Positions 39,287 through 47,556 of a stretch of 64,000 nt of DNA are shown here, piece after piece. The stretch covers positions 65,357 to 129,356 of the forward strand of contig JACPKY010000001.1 of the NCBI GenBank assembly GCA_016186795.1. The letters are read 5' to 3'. The notes under the pieces are model-generated. The model saw only the letters and a program-made list of their open reading frames with translations, was not told where the DNA came from and made no database searches. The position numbers were made by a program, and so were the translations under genes. Origin of the DNA: Candidatus Gottesmanbacteria bacterium (GTDB lineage: Bacteria > Patescibacteriota > Microgenomatia > 2-02-FULL-39-11). Numbering within the stretch: the first letter of the stretch is position 1; the number at the start of each line of letters is the position of its first letter.

Positions 39287-40126
39287 ATGCCAGCCGAAAG
39301 ACTTGCTGCTTTACCTATTGATGAAATTCTAGAGTACGAACAGATACGTCGAGATGCCCTCCAATCTCGACTTCTTGCTGTATATCGCTGGATTCCTGAT
39401 GTACTTGGACATGATATGCGATTTCCTGTAGGTTATTTTGCCGATATCGGAGGATACGATCTTTTCCAAACTGGGACTATCGCACAATTTGCCCACCATA
39501 TTACAGAAATTGATATTGATAAAGATATCATGGAGAAAGGCAAAAGTCGTCCTGAAGTCCAGGAGCTTATTAAAGCTGGAAGTGTAGATTTTGTTGTCCA
39601 TGATGCTCAGAATTTACCCATGATCCCTTCCCGCTCACAAGATATTACTGCACTTGTAGAAGTTTTGGGTGCAGGGCTTGAGGGCCCTGAAGAATTTCAA
39701 ACTGTCTATAACGTTATTCACGAAGCTCAAAGGATAACCGCTCCTCATGGCGCCTTGGTATTAACTGCCAAAAATGCTGTCCTTGCGCTTCATCTAGCCG
39801 GACTTGGAGTCCATATGGAAAAAGGTATCCCGGTTCATATAGAACAGCTGGAGTTTTTAAACCAGATGTTTGGAAAAGTAACAGTATATGGACAAATAAA
39901 TTATTTCAATGCATATGATGATGGAAGAGATAGATTATGGCTAAGACCTCCTCCGGGAACAGCCGCTTATGATTCCAAAGGTCGTAGATATATGAGATAC
40001 ACAGATGATGACCTTATTCCCCGTCTTTACCTTCCTGAGGCTGATGTAACTCCTGCATTTATGGTATTAGTCTGTCAATACCCTATAGATTTGGAAGAAC
40101 GGCATATAGGTATTGACAACACGTAG
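39287..40126 (+). CDS. Class I SAM-methyltransferase-like protein, C-terminus altered by IS insertion
   Basis: FADIGG, EIDID, HDAQNLP, RI..PHG.LVL; TTGATT-17-TACAAT promoter. Confidence 0.65.
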   Translation: MPAERLAALPIDEILEYEQIRRDALQSRLLAVYRWIPDVLGHDMRFPVGYFADIGGYDLFQTGTIAQFAHHITEIDIDKDIMEKGKSRPEVQELIKAGSVDFVVHDAQNLPMIPSRSQDITALVEVLGAGLEGPEEFQTVYNVIHEAQRITAPHGALVLTAKNAVLALHLAGLGVHMEKGIPVHIEQLEFLNQMFGKVTVYGQINYFNAYDDGRDRLWLRPPPGTAAYDSKGRRYMRYTDDDLIPRLYLPEADVTPAFMVLVCQYPIDLEERHIGIDNT

Positions 40127-40150
40127 TAGATGTGTTATACTGAGGCTAAC

Positions 40151-41041
40151 ATGAAACAGTTTAGCCTCAAAACATTTTTGCGAAAATATCCTAATGACGA
40201 AGCGTGCCTAGAGGAGATTAAGAATACCCGTTGGCCTCAAGGTATTACTTGCCCCAAATGCCAAAAAATCACCAAATTCTATAAAATAACAGACCGCACA
40301 GCTTACTCTTGTGAGTTCTGTAGGACGCAGGTATTCCCATTAGCAGGTACTATCTTTGAGAAAAGCACAGTATCCCTTAGATTATGGTTTTATGCCATGT
40401 TTTTGATGATTAAGACACGGTCTGGTATATCTGCAAAACAACTAGAGAGAGAATTAGGAGTTTGTTACAAAACCGCCCACCGCATATTTAAGCAAATCCG
40501 TATGCTTATGGACGAAGGAAACGGAGATAAATTGACAGGAAATGTAGAAGTAGATGAAACATTTATCGGCGGAAGGGGTGTGAATAGAAGATATAAGCCT
40601 AATTTTAGTGAGATACCAAAAGAAGTAGTTATGGGTATGATACAAAGAAACGGAAAAGCATATTTAAGACATATACCAAACACAGGTAAATGGACACTTC
40701 TAAAACAGATAAGAGATAATGTTGATGTAAAAGCACGAGTTATTACAGACCAATGGTTAGCTTATGGTAGTTTACCCAAATATGGATATAAACACGATTT
40801 TGTAAATCATCAGGAAACCTATGTAAAAGGCGATATTCATACACAAAACGCAGAGATGATGTGGAGTATCTTAAAAAGAGATATTTACGGAGTTTATCGC
40901 CATGTATCGGCTCAATATTTACAAAATTATGCCAACGAATATGCCTGGCGATACAACCATAGAAACAGTGAAGATATGTTTACTGATTTACTCAAGCAGA
41001 TTGCTTTGGTGAAGGTCGTGAAGGCGAAACAGCTCGTCTGA
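40151..41041 (+). CDS. IS1595-family (ISXO2-like) DDE transposase
   Basis: CPKC..CEFC ribbon, GTIFEKS, VEVDETFIGG, ITD, HTQNAE.MWS.LKR, YL..Y..E...RYN. Confidence 0.95.
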   Translation: MKQFSLKTFLRKYPNDEACLEEIKNTRWPQGITCPKCQKITKFYKITDRTAYSCEFCRTQVFPLAGTIFEKSTVSLRLWFYAMFLMIKTRSGISAKQLERELGVCYKTAHRIFKQIRMLMDEGNGDKLTGNVEVDETFIGGRGVNRRYKPNFSEIPKEVVMGMIQRNGKAYLRHIPNTGKWTLLKQIRDNVDVKARVITDQWLAYGSLPKYGYKHDFVNHQETYVKGDIHTQNAEMMWSILKRDIYGVYRHVSAQYLQNYANEYAWRYNHRNSEDMFTDLLKQIALVKVVKAKQLV

Positions 41042-41123
41042 GAAGTTCTAAGAAGTCTTTTTTTTCAATCGTTGGATTTTTCTTTAATTGTCCGTTCTTA
41101 AGAGAGAATTTTGTTTTTTTCAT
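40992..41123 (-). CDS. 43-aa basic ORF antisense to transposase 3' end (not in ORF track)
   Basis: MKKTKFSLKNGQLKKNPTIEKKDFLELLRRAVSPSRPSPKQSA; TAATG coupling to hicA stop. Confidence 0.55.
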   Translation of the reverse strand: MKKTKFSLKNGQLKKNPTIEKKDFLELLRRAVSPSRPSPKQSA

Positions 41124-41356
41124 TATTTACATTCCTTAATCCATTCTTCTTCAGGAATACCTGTTCTTTTCACCATTTCTTTTACGTTTTTCCAATGAAT
41201 AGTTTTATAATTAAAGATTACTTGAACACTTTTAGTTATACCATTTTCGTTTTTTATATATGTTTCGTGTGTTCCTTCTCTATTTATAAATTCCCACCCT
41301 CTATTAATTAGAAACCTAGCCGCTTTTTCTGGTCTTAGATTGTTAACCTTTGTCAT
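41123..41356 (-). CDS. HicA-family toxin
   Basis: FL.NRGWEF...EGTHETY, I....VK.M.K.TGI. Confidence 0.8.
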   Translation of the reverse strand: MTKVNNLRPEKAARFLINRGWEFINREGTHETYIKNENGITKSVQVIFNYKTIHWKNVKEMVKRTGIPEEEWIKECK

Positions 41357-41733
41357 TATTGGAATGCAATTCGTTGTCCTTCATAGGGAAGATTTATGAG
41401 AGTAAAATAAGAGGGTTTTTTATTTTTGGCGATAGGGTTCTTTTTGTTAAAAGACCTATTAATTAATTCACTCGCATATTCAATTTCTTTTAACTTGTCT
41501 AAGAATCTTTTTTCTGGAATTTGATTTAAATAGTCTTCAGAAAGCTTTTTTTTCCTGACTGTTTTTAAATACGACAAAGATGCCTCTTCAATACTTTGTT
41601 TGAGCTTTTTAGGATCAGAGTCATATTCTACTAAATTTAAATTCAAACAAACTGCAACATAATCTTCATCTTCCTTATACATTATGTAAGTAAAAAATCC
41701 TTTATCTTTAGTATTTAAGTAAGTTTTAAGCAT
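41356..41733 (-). CDS. HicB-like antitoxin
   Basis: YKEDEDYVAVCL.LNLV.......L..SIEEA...YL; coupled to hicA. Confidence 0.72.
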   Translation of the reverse strand: MLKTYLNTKDKGFFTYIMYKEDEDYVAVCLNLNLVEYDSDPKKLKQSIEEASLSYLKTVRKKKLSEDYLNQIPEKRFLDKLKEIEYASELINRSFNKKNPIAKNKKPSYFTLINLPYEGQRIAFQ

Positions 41734-42048
41734 ATTACTTTCCCTTCTTAGGATAATTATTATCTCATGTCATGTCAATAGATCATAATCATTTGGAGCT
41801 TTGTAACAATCTAAAAAAAGGTGCTAATAAAAGTGTTAAAGGAGCGTATCATTTTTAATTTGATCTAGAAGTTAATTGAGGGATATAAAAGAGGGGTATT
41901 GATTTTTTGACAAATTAGTTGCAATAATGGTAATATACATGTCCTCTGTTCACTTGAAACATACTTTGATAGGTAGCTTTAAAATTAACTTGTTAGAAAT
42001 CTATGTTTTACCGAGTTAGGTAATAATAGTTTACTATTCTTTTCAAAG

Positions 42049-42081
42049 AAAAAACCTCGCATTCGCTTGCGGGGTTTTTTT
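42049..42081. terminator. Bidirectional intrinsic terminator
   Basis: AAAAAACCTCGCA-TTCGCT-TGCGGGGTTTTTTT. Confidence 0.8.
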
Positions 42082-42337
42082 GTACGTTGATAAGTGTTCA
42101 CATGCAGCACTTCCTTCCTGTTTCTTGATTGAAGGTATGAAACACCTGAAGCTTGGTAATGTAGAAAAGGGGAAAGTTAACTTGGCTGTCTATCAAGGCA
42201 GGTTCCAAATATTATTTTGCAAATATCTAAAACTCCTGATTCCGCTGGTACAAGCTGGCTTACAGAAGGCCAATAAACCAGCGGAACCAAGAGTCTTAGT
42301 TCTGTAATTTGCTTGTTTTTTAAAGTGCTATTTTTCT
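42049..42337 (-). ncRNA. Candidate ~290-nt ncRNA inside the IS1595 element
   Basis: Promoter TTGACT-16-TAAAAT (extended TG) at 42344-42371; 23-bp helix with three G-U pairs only on minus strand; ends at terminator. Confidence 0.6.
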
Positions 42338-42504
42338 AGAATCATTTTATCAAAAAAGCAGATGCAGTCAAGTAGTTCTGTGATATTTCTTCATAAATAG
42401 AAAAATGAGGCTAGATAAAAGTACTTTTCATTTACGTGTTCTCCCTACATATGTGCCGGAAGAACCTATTGCTAAAGTTGAACCCTTATGATATAAATAC
42501 CTTT

Positions 42505-42614
42505 ATCCAAAGACAGTAGGCAACCATAAGACCTACCGAGGAAAAATTAGTATCTAGTATTTGGTATCAAGTATTTAGAAGATTAATTTACCTCGGAAAT
42601 CCGAGGTTTTTTGT
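42505..42614 (+). promoter_or_regulatory. L10 ribosomal protein leader with attenuator
   Basis: AAGACAGTAGG...CCTACCGAGG followed by ACCTCGG-AAAT-CCGAGGTTTTTT directly upstream of rplJ. Confidence 0.8.
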
Positions 42615-42632
42615 TATTTGTTTTCTGAAACT

Positions 42633-43181
42633 ATGCCATCACAGAAAAATAAAGACTTAGTATTAGTTTTAAAAGAAAAGCTCTCCAAAGCGTCAACTCT
42701 TTTCCTTACTGACTACCGGGGACTTACTCATCAGCAATTGGAACAACTTAGAAAGTCACTAAAAAAAGTCAAGGCGGAATATATCGTTGCTAAAAATACT
42801 CTTTTGAAAATTGCTTTGAAAGAGGATAAGCGCAAAGGTTTGGATGAAGAATCACGAACAAAACTAGAAGAAAAGCTTCAGGAACCAACTGCAACGCTTC
42901 TTTCATACGGTGACGAAATGGAAGCGATTAAAACCCTTGATACATTCATAAAATCAGCCCAAATTCCCAAAATAAAAATAGGATTTTTTGCCGGAAAAAT
43001 CGCTACAGAAATGGACTTTAAATCCCTTGCAAATCTCCCAAGCCGAGATGTACTTCTGGCAACTCTTGTTTCTCGCCTACAATCCCCTCTTTATGGGCTT
43101 CATCATGCCATGAGATGGAATCTGAGTAAATTGGTATATGCGTTAGATGCTGTTGCCAAGAAAAGGGCCATAAATTCGTAA
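42633..43181 (+). CDS. rplJ: 50S ribosomal protein L10
   Basis: DYRGLT..QL..LRK, VAKNTLL, LA.LPSR..L. Confidence 0.95.
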   Translation: MPSQKNKDLVLVLKEKLSKASTLFLTDYRGLTHQQLEQLRKSLKKVKAEYIVAKNTLLKIALKEDKRKGLDEESRTKLEEKLQEPTATLLSYGDEMEAIKTLDTFIKSAQIPKIKIGFFAGKIATEMDFKSLANLPSRDVLLATLVSRLQSPLYGLHHAMRWNLSKLVYALDAVAKKRAINS

Positions 43182-43212
43182 TTTTCAAAGTAGAAAAAGG
43201 AGGTGATTTTTG

Positions 43213-43611
43213 ATGGCAAAACATACAAAAGATGAACTATTAAAAGCTGTTGAGGAAATGACAGTCTTGGAACTAGCTGATTTTGTGAAATCGCTTGAGG
43301 AGAAATTCGGCGTTACAGCAGCAGCTCCTGTTGCAGTTGCCGCGTCTCCACAAGCAGGTGGTCCGCCAACTGGCGGAGGTGAAGCAGCTCCTGAACAAAC
43401 CTCATTTAATGTTGTTTTGGCAAATGCCGGAGCCAATAAAATCTCCGTCATTAAAGCAGTTCGGGAACTAGTTCCCACACTTGGCCTTCAGGAAGCAAAA
43501 ACACTCGTTGAATCTGCACCAAAGGAAGTTCTAACTGGTGTGAACAAAAAAACCGCAGAAGAAGTAAAGACAAAACTCACAGCAGCTGGTGCAACTGTTG
43601 AGTTGAAGTAA
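43213..43611 (+). CDS. rplL: 50S ribosomal protein L7/L12
   Basis: TVLEL..VK..EEKFGV.AAAP, KISVIK.VRE, LGL.EAK.LVE. Confidence 0.98.
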   Translation: MAKHTKDELLKAVEEMTVLELADFVKSLEEKFGVTAAAPVAVAASPQAGGPPTGGGEAAPEQTSFNVVLANAGANKISVIKAVRELVPTLGLQEAKTLVESAPKEVLTGVNKKTAEEVKTKLTAAGATVELK

Positions 43612-43674
43612 TTCTCGACAGTTTGTATAATCGCGTATTCCCCTCTTATTAGAGGGGTTTTACGTATAATTTTT

Positions 43675-44370
43675 ATGATAGAACAATTGGATCGACCCCC
43701 TATAGAATACCTACCCCTTACTCCTATTGTCATTAATAATCAACAAGGCAACCTTCATCAAGATGTATTACCGTTTGTTCAATATTTTCTAGAACTATAT
43801 AACAGAGGCCGAAGACTTCAAGGAAAGGAGCGAGCTCTATTTCCTGGTGTAATTTCTCGCGTTGAGATTCAATTAGGTCAGGCAAGCATAGCACAAACAG
43901 AACCTCCATATATATTTGCCATTGGAGCAAGTGGTACTACTGGATCTGCCGGAGGACACAAGAGAGAATTTGCCAATATTATTGGTTGGGACGGTCAACG
44001 TGCACAAGCCACATCAGCAAAAACTGTGCGAGTAAACTTTACTCACCAACAAAATATTCGTCAACAAGAAGGAGCTATTATAGAACTTGCCACATGGGAA
44101 AATATTCTTGACCGTATTATCCAAGCTACAGATGAAGAAATTTGGAGAAGGCATTTACAAGCTACCAAAGGTACACTCTTGAGCGTCCCTTATGCAGAAA
44201 TTATGGCGCAAGATAACGAATTAAAACTAACACGGGAGTGGCTGGAAAATAATTGGAATCTTCTACCAGATTTTATAGGGACTGGAAGAACTTCAGCGGG
44301 ATTTTCAGAATATTTTATATCTGCTGCTGCTTTTCGAAATGCTCCTGCAGTAGTAGTATACATACCATAA
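43675..44370 (+). CDS. Hypothetical protein
   Basis: 231-aa ORF with TATAAT just upstream. Confidence 0.65.
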   Translation: MIEQLDRPPIEYLPLTPIVINNQQGNLHQDVLPFVQYFLELYNRGRRLQGKERALFPGVISRVEIQLGQASIAQTEPPYIFAIGASGTTGSAGGHKREFANIIGWDGQRAQATSAKTVRVNFTHQQNIRQQEGAIIELATWENILDRIIQATDEEIWRRHLQATKGTLLSVPYAEIMAQDNELKLTREWLENNWNLLPDFIGTGRTSAGFSEYFISAAAFRNAPAVVVYIP

Positions 44371-44558
44371 CAATCTATCTCGAAGTGATTGCGTATCTTT
44401 GATGTCTATTGACAACATTCAAATCCATATGTTACAGTAACAACCGTATTGATGCGCTCATGGTAATGGTGAGCGTCCTAGAAGCATAAACTGTCCGTTT
44501 TATTAATTTTTTAAACTAGCTGCAAACAGACAGTTTTCAAAAAGGAGTAAACCTACAT

Positions 44559-44765
44559 ATGGCATTCGGTGATGAATGGCCGGACCTTTTAACTGTCCGG
44601 GAAGTTGCAAAAATTCTCCGTGTTTCCCCCCTCACGATCAAACGGTGGGGTAAGCGTGGAAAACTTCCTGCGATTAGAATCAATTCTCGAGGTGATCGAA
44701 GATACAAGAAAGAAGCGGTCCTTTGGCTCTTGGGGCTTCAACAAAAGGGAACATCAAACAGTTAA
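44559..44765 (+). CDS. MerR/excisionase-type (BldC-like) HTH protein
   Basis: LLTVREVA.ILRVSP.TIKRW...GKL.AIR...GDRRY. Confidence 0.85.
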   Translation: MAFGDEWPDLLTVREVAKILRVSPLTIKRWGKRGKLPAIRINSRGDRRYKKEAVLWLLGLQQKGTSNS

Positions 44766-45634
44766 TTTTCTTCTTTTTCCGAAATTACCTTCTTTAATTC
44801 CTCTGCTGCTTTGGAAGGATCAATGATATTTACGGATAGTCCAGTACCTAACTCAAATCCAGCTCTGTGGATAAGACGTGGAATAATCCGGATAAACCAA
44901 TCTTTCGCATGATGAATATAAAAGTTATAGGCAAATGTTTTCTCTCCATGAATCTTTTTCACTTTTGCATCTTCATACAGTACTGCTAATCGTTTGATAC
45001 TCCGCTGTAATATCGTTGCCAAATCTTCCAACTCTTCATTTTGGATTTCAGAAAATGTGGTGCCGAGCTTTTTGGGAGAAATCCATACTTCATACGGCCA
45101 TTGGGAAAAATCAGGGCAATAGGTCACAAAGTACTGGTTATCTTCAACTACATTCATAAGAGGTTCACGAACAAGTGCATCAAGGTTAATCTGGTGAGGA
45201 ATAACTACAAGTTGAGAGTGTGGATGCGAGAGGGAAGCCCCGGAATGCTCACCATGATTATGGAAAATCATAACCTGACCATTTTGCATATTTGCCTGGA
45301 ATCGGACTCTATAGACATTGAGAAGATCAATAACGAGAGATACATCTGTGGACTCAATATCTTTTTCGTGATCCGGGCTATGGATGATGACCTCATGGAT
45401 ATCGGTGATGGGAAATAAGTTGGGAACAACTCGTATTTTCCATCCGGGTTTATCTTTTTCTCCAGATCCTACTCTCATAATTTCAGACGGCGTCATGGAT
45501 TCATTTCCGCTACAAAAAGGACACGCATGTTGTTTTGGGGGTACAACTTCTTTCTGTTCATCCGGTCGATCAACTCGAGAAGGCGCAATAACAATCCACC
45601 GTTGCGTTTTGATATCAGGTACAAATTTAGCCAT
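44762..45634 (-). CDS. galT: GalT-like nucleotidyltransferase (HIT superfamily)
   Basis: CPFC.GNE, RVVPN.FP, HEVII.SP.H, GASL.HPHSQ, GFELGTG. Confidence 0.85.
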   Translation of the reverse strand: MAKFVPDIKTQRWIVIAPSRVDRPDEQKEVVPPKQHACPFCSGNESMTPSEIMRVGSGEKDKPGWKIRVVPNLFPITDIHEVIIHSPDHEKDIESTDVSLVIDLLNVYRVRFQANMQNGQVMIFHNHGEHSGASLSHPHSQLVVIPHQINLDALVREPLMNVVEDNQYFVTYCPDFSQWPYEVWISPKKLGTTFSEIQNEELEDLATILQRSIKRLAVLYEDAKVKKIHGEKTFAYNFYIHHAKDWFIRIIPRLIHRAGFELGTGLSVNIIDPSKAAEELKKVISEKEEN

Positions 45635-45654
45635 AGCGTTGGTATGAAGATCGG

Positions 45655-46422
45655 TTAGTTTTTCTCAAAGTAGAGGGTAACGGTTGAGGTAATTGTTTGT
45701 ACACCGGGCTCAAATGATGGGCCGCCACCACCTCCTGCTTCTGCAGCATACCTGGCTGATTGATACGGGAGAACAATTCCATTTGGACTTACCTCGACAA
45801 TATTAGTAATTTTGCCCAATCGGATCCCTAAAGAACTTGCTAGCTGCTGCGCTTGCTCTCTTGCATTGGCAATTGCTTTGTCCCGAGCGAGCTTGCGATA
45901 CTTCTCAGGTTTATCAATAACAAAGCGCGTCCCCTGAATCTGATTTGCACCTGCTTTTGTTGCTTCGTCAACAACTTTTGTAGCTAAATCTGGATCCCCC
46001 ACTTTGATTGTCAACATGGCGTTCCCGTTATAACCACTTATGCGATTTTGATTATTCTCATAGACGTAATTTGGGTAAACTGAGTAGTTTGTGGTTTTAA
46101 TGTTTTGGGTATCAATCCCCAGACTTTTCATGGCGGCAATTATTTTGTTATTAACCGTTGTGAGTGTCTGCTGTGCAGCTTCTGTTGTTGCTGCATTACT
46201 AACAGCAATCCCTGCATCGATATAAACTGTATCGGGAACTGCATCCACTTTCCCCTCTCCAACGACAGCAAGCTCTGTCGATTTTGTGGTTGTTGTGATA
46301 GTTATCGGGTAACTAACATCGAATGTTTTAATGATAATAAGAATCAAAAAGATGGCAAAGAAAAAGGTGAAGTACGAGAGGAGTTTTTCTGCCAGATTTA
46401 AATCTTTTACATTCATCAACAT
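45655..46422 (-). CDS. SIMPL (DUF541) domain protein
   Basis: V.GEG.V.AVPD, I.T..YSVYP.Y, AI.NA...A..LA..LG..LG. Confidence 0.88.
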   Translation of the reverse strand: MLMNVKDLNLAEKLLSYFTFFFAIFLILIIIKTFDVSYPITITTTTKSTELAVVGEGKVDAVPDTVYIDAGIAVSNAATTEAAQQTLTTVNNKIIAAMKSLGIDTQNIKTTNYSVYPNYVYENNQNRISGYNGNAMLTIKVGDPDLATKVVDEATKAGANQIQGTRFVIDKPEKYRKLARDKAIANAREQAQQLASSLGIRLGKITNIVEVSPNGIVLPYQSARYAAEAGGGGGPSFEPGVQTITSTVTLYFEKN

Positions 46423-46514
46423 ACCTTTCTATTGAAATACTTTTGGGGTAGAAAATCAAGGGGATGAAAAGGTGGCCAAGACAGGCAGAATTCTTGGCCA
46501 CCTCCAGGTGGCAA

Positions 46515-46880
46515 TCATTTCATCTCCGCCTGCAGCATGCGCAGGATTTCTTCGCGAGCGTTTCTGGCCTGAATCACGACCAGGTATTTTTCCGTCTGAT
46601 ACTTTTGGGGAACTTTGTCTTCTTCTCTGTAAATCATTACCACAAAGACGCAGTTCCTCCACTTTCGCCGTGCCTCTGTCACTACCTCATCCATTCTCTG
46701 CGGTTTTCCGATAGGTGTGGCATCTATGATCACAAGATGAATGGGCGGTTTAACATCATCCACGGCATTTGTATTTTGAACCCGGCGGAAATAGAGGTTC
46801 GGAATATGGGGTTGGAGAAACTGCTCCAACAGTCTCCCGTACCCCATATTTTTTGAGATGATAACGACTCGGTTGAACAT
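46515..46880 (-). CDS. Degenerate receiver-domain-like protein
   Basis: AAGGAG SD; RVVIIS..., HLVIID, VFVVM beta/alpha pattern. Confidence 0.5.
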   Translation of the reverse strand: MFNRVVIISKNMGYGRLLEQFLQPHIPNLYFRRVQNTNAVDDVKPPIHLVIIDATPIGKPQRMDEVVTEARRKWRNCVFVVMIYREEDKVPQKYQTEKYLVVIQARNAREEILRMLQAEMK

Positions 46881-46899
46881 CTTCGCTCTCCTTGTAAAC

Positions 46900-47406
46900 T
46901 CACTGTCCGGTATTGTTGTCCAACTTGAGAAGGACAATGGGAACAAAGTCGGTGACAGCAAAGATCATATCCGTTCCCTCGGGCAGTTCTCCGCGGAAGC
47001 ACTGAATTCCTCCGACCTCATTGAGCGCCTTATTGTACCGAGCCCATTCGGGAGGACACTCTGTCAATTCGAGATTTAACGGAGTCTCCTCGACAAACTC
47101 TATCGCCCGATATCCTATCACAACAGGTACATTTTCCTGATAGTCATTCGAGGCGACCAAAAAGAATCCCCTTGAGACGAACTCGCTTGTCATTGCGATA
47201 ATCGTTTGCTGTCCAGTGTAGGAAGTGAATGTCTTCTGACCTTCTACAGCCGGACCAAAGACGACAAGGAACGTCGCTGTTGGTTCCTTCTGGAAGCGCT
47301 TGTCAATAGCGCGGACCGCGTAGCCAGTCCCAAAACTCCCCGCGACGATTCCCATCGCGATCAATGCGAACACGACCACCGCCGCAATCTTTGGTAGCGT
47401 TTTCAC
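46900..47406 (-). CDS. Membrane-anchored hypothetical protein
   Basis: GGAGG SD before GTG 47406; N-terminal TM. Confidence 0.6.
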   Translation of the reverse strand: MKTLPKIAAVVVFALIAMGIVAGSFGTGYAVRAIDKRFQKEPTATFLVVFGPAVEGQKTFTSYTGQQTIIAMTSEFVSRGFFLVASNDYQENVPVVIGYRAIEFVEETPLNLELTECPPEWARYNKALNEVGGIQCFRGELPEGTDMIFAVTDFVPIVLLKLDNNTGQ

Positions 47407-47556
47407 CTCGTAACCCTCCGTTGATCTCTCATCCGTTATTTCCATTGGAAATAAAGGCAAAAGATCGTGATTTAAGTCTTGCCACCAGTATCTCAAAGAG
47501 CGAGATGGGCCGATTATACCAAATAATCTTAAATATGAAGAATTGAGGGAATACAG

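Larger units (their letters stand above)
40101..42457 (+). mobile_element. Complete IS1595-family element with passenger genes (2357 bp)
   Basis: Imperfect 25-bp TIRs GGCATATAGGTATTGACAACACGTA / GGCACATATGTAGGGAGAACACGTA; 8-bp target duplication GGAAGAAC at 40093-40100 and 42458-42465. Confidence 0.92.

Noticed and set aside
42080-42307. 75-aa plus-strand ORF in the IS
   Set aside because: Starts inside a terminator U-tract with no SD; G-U pairing and promoter favour a minus-strand RNA
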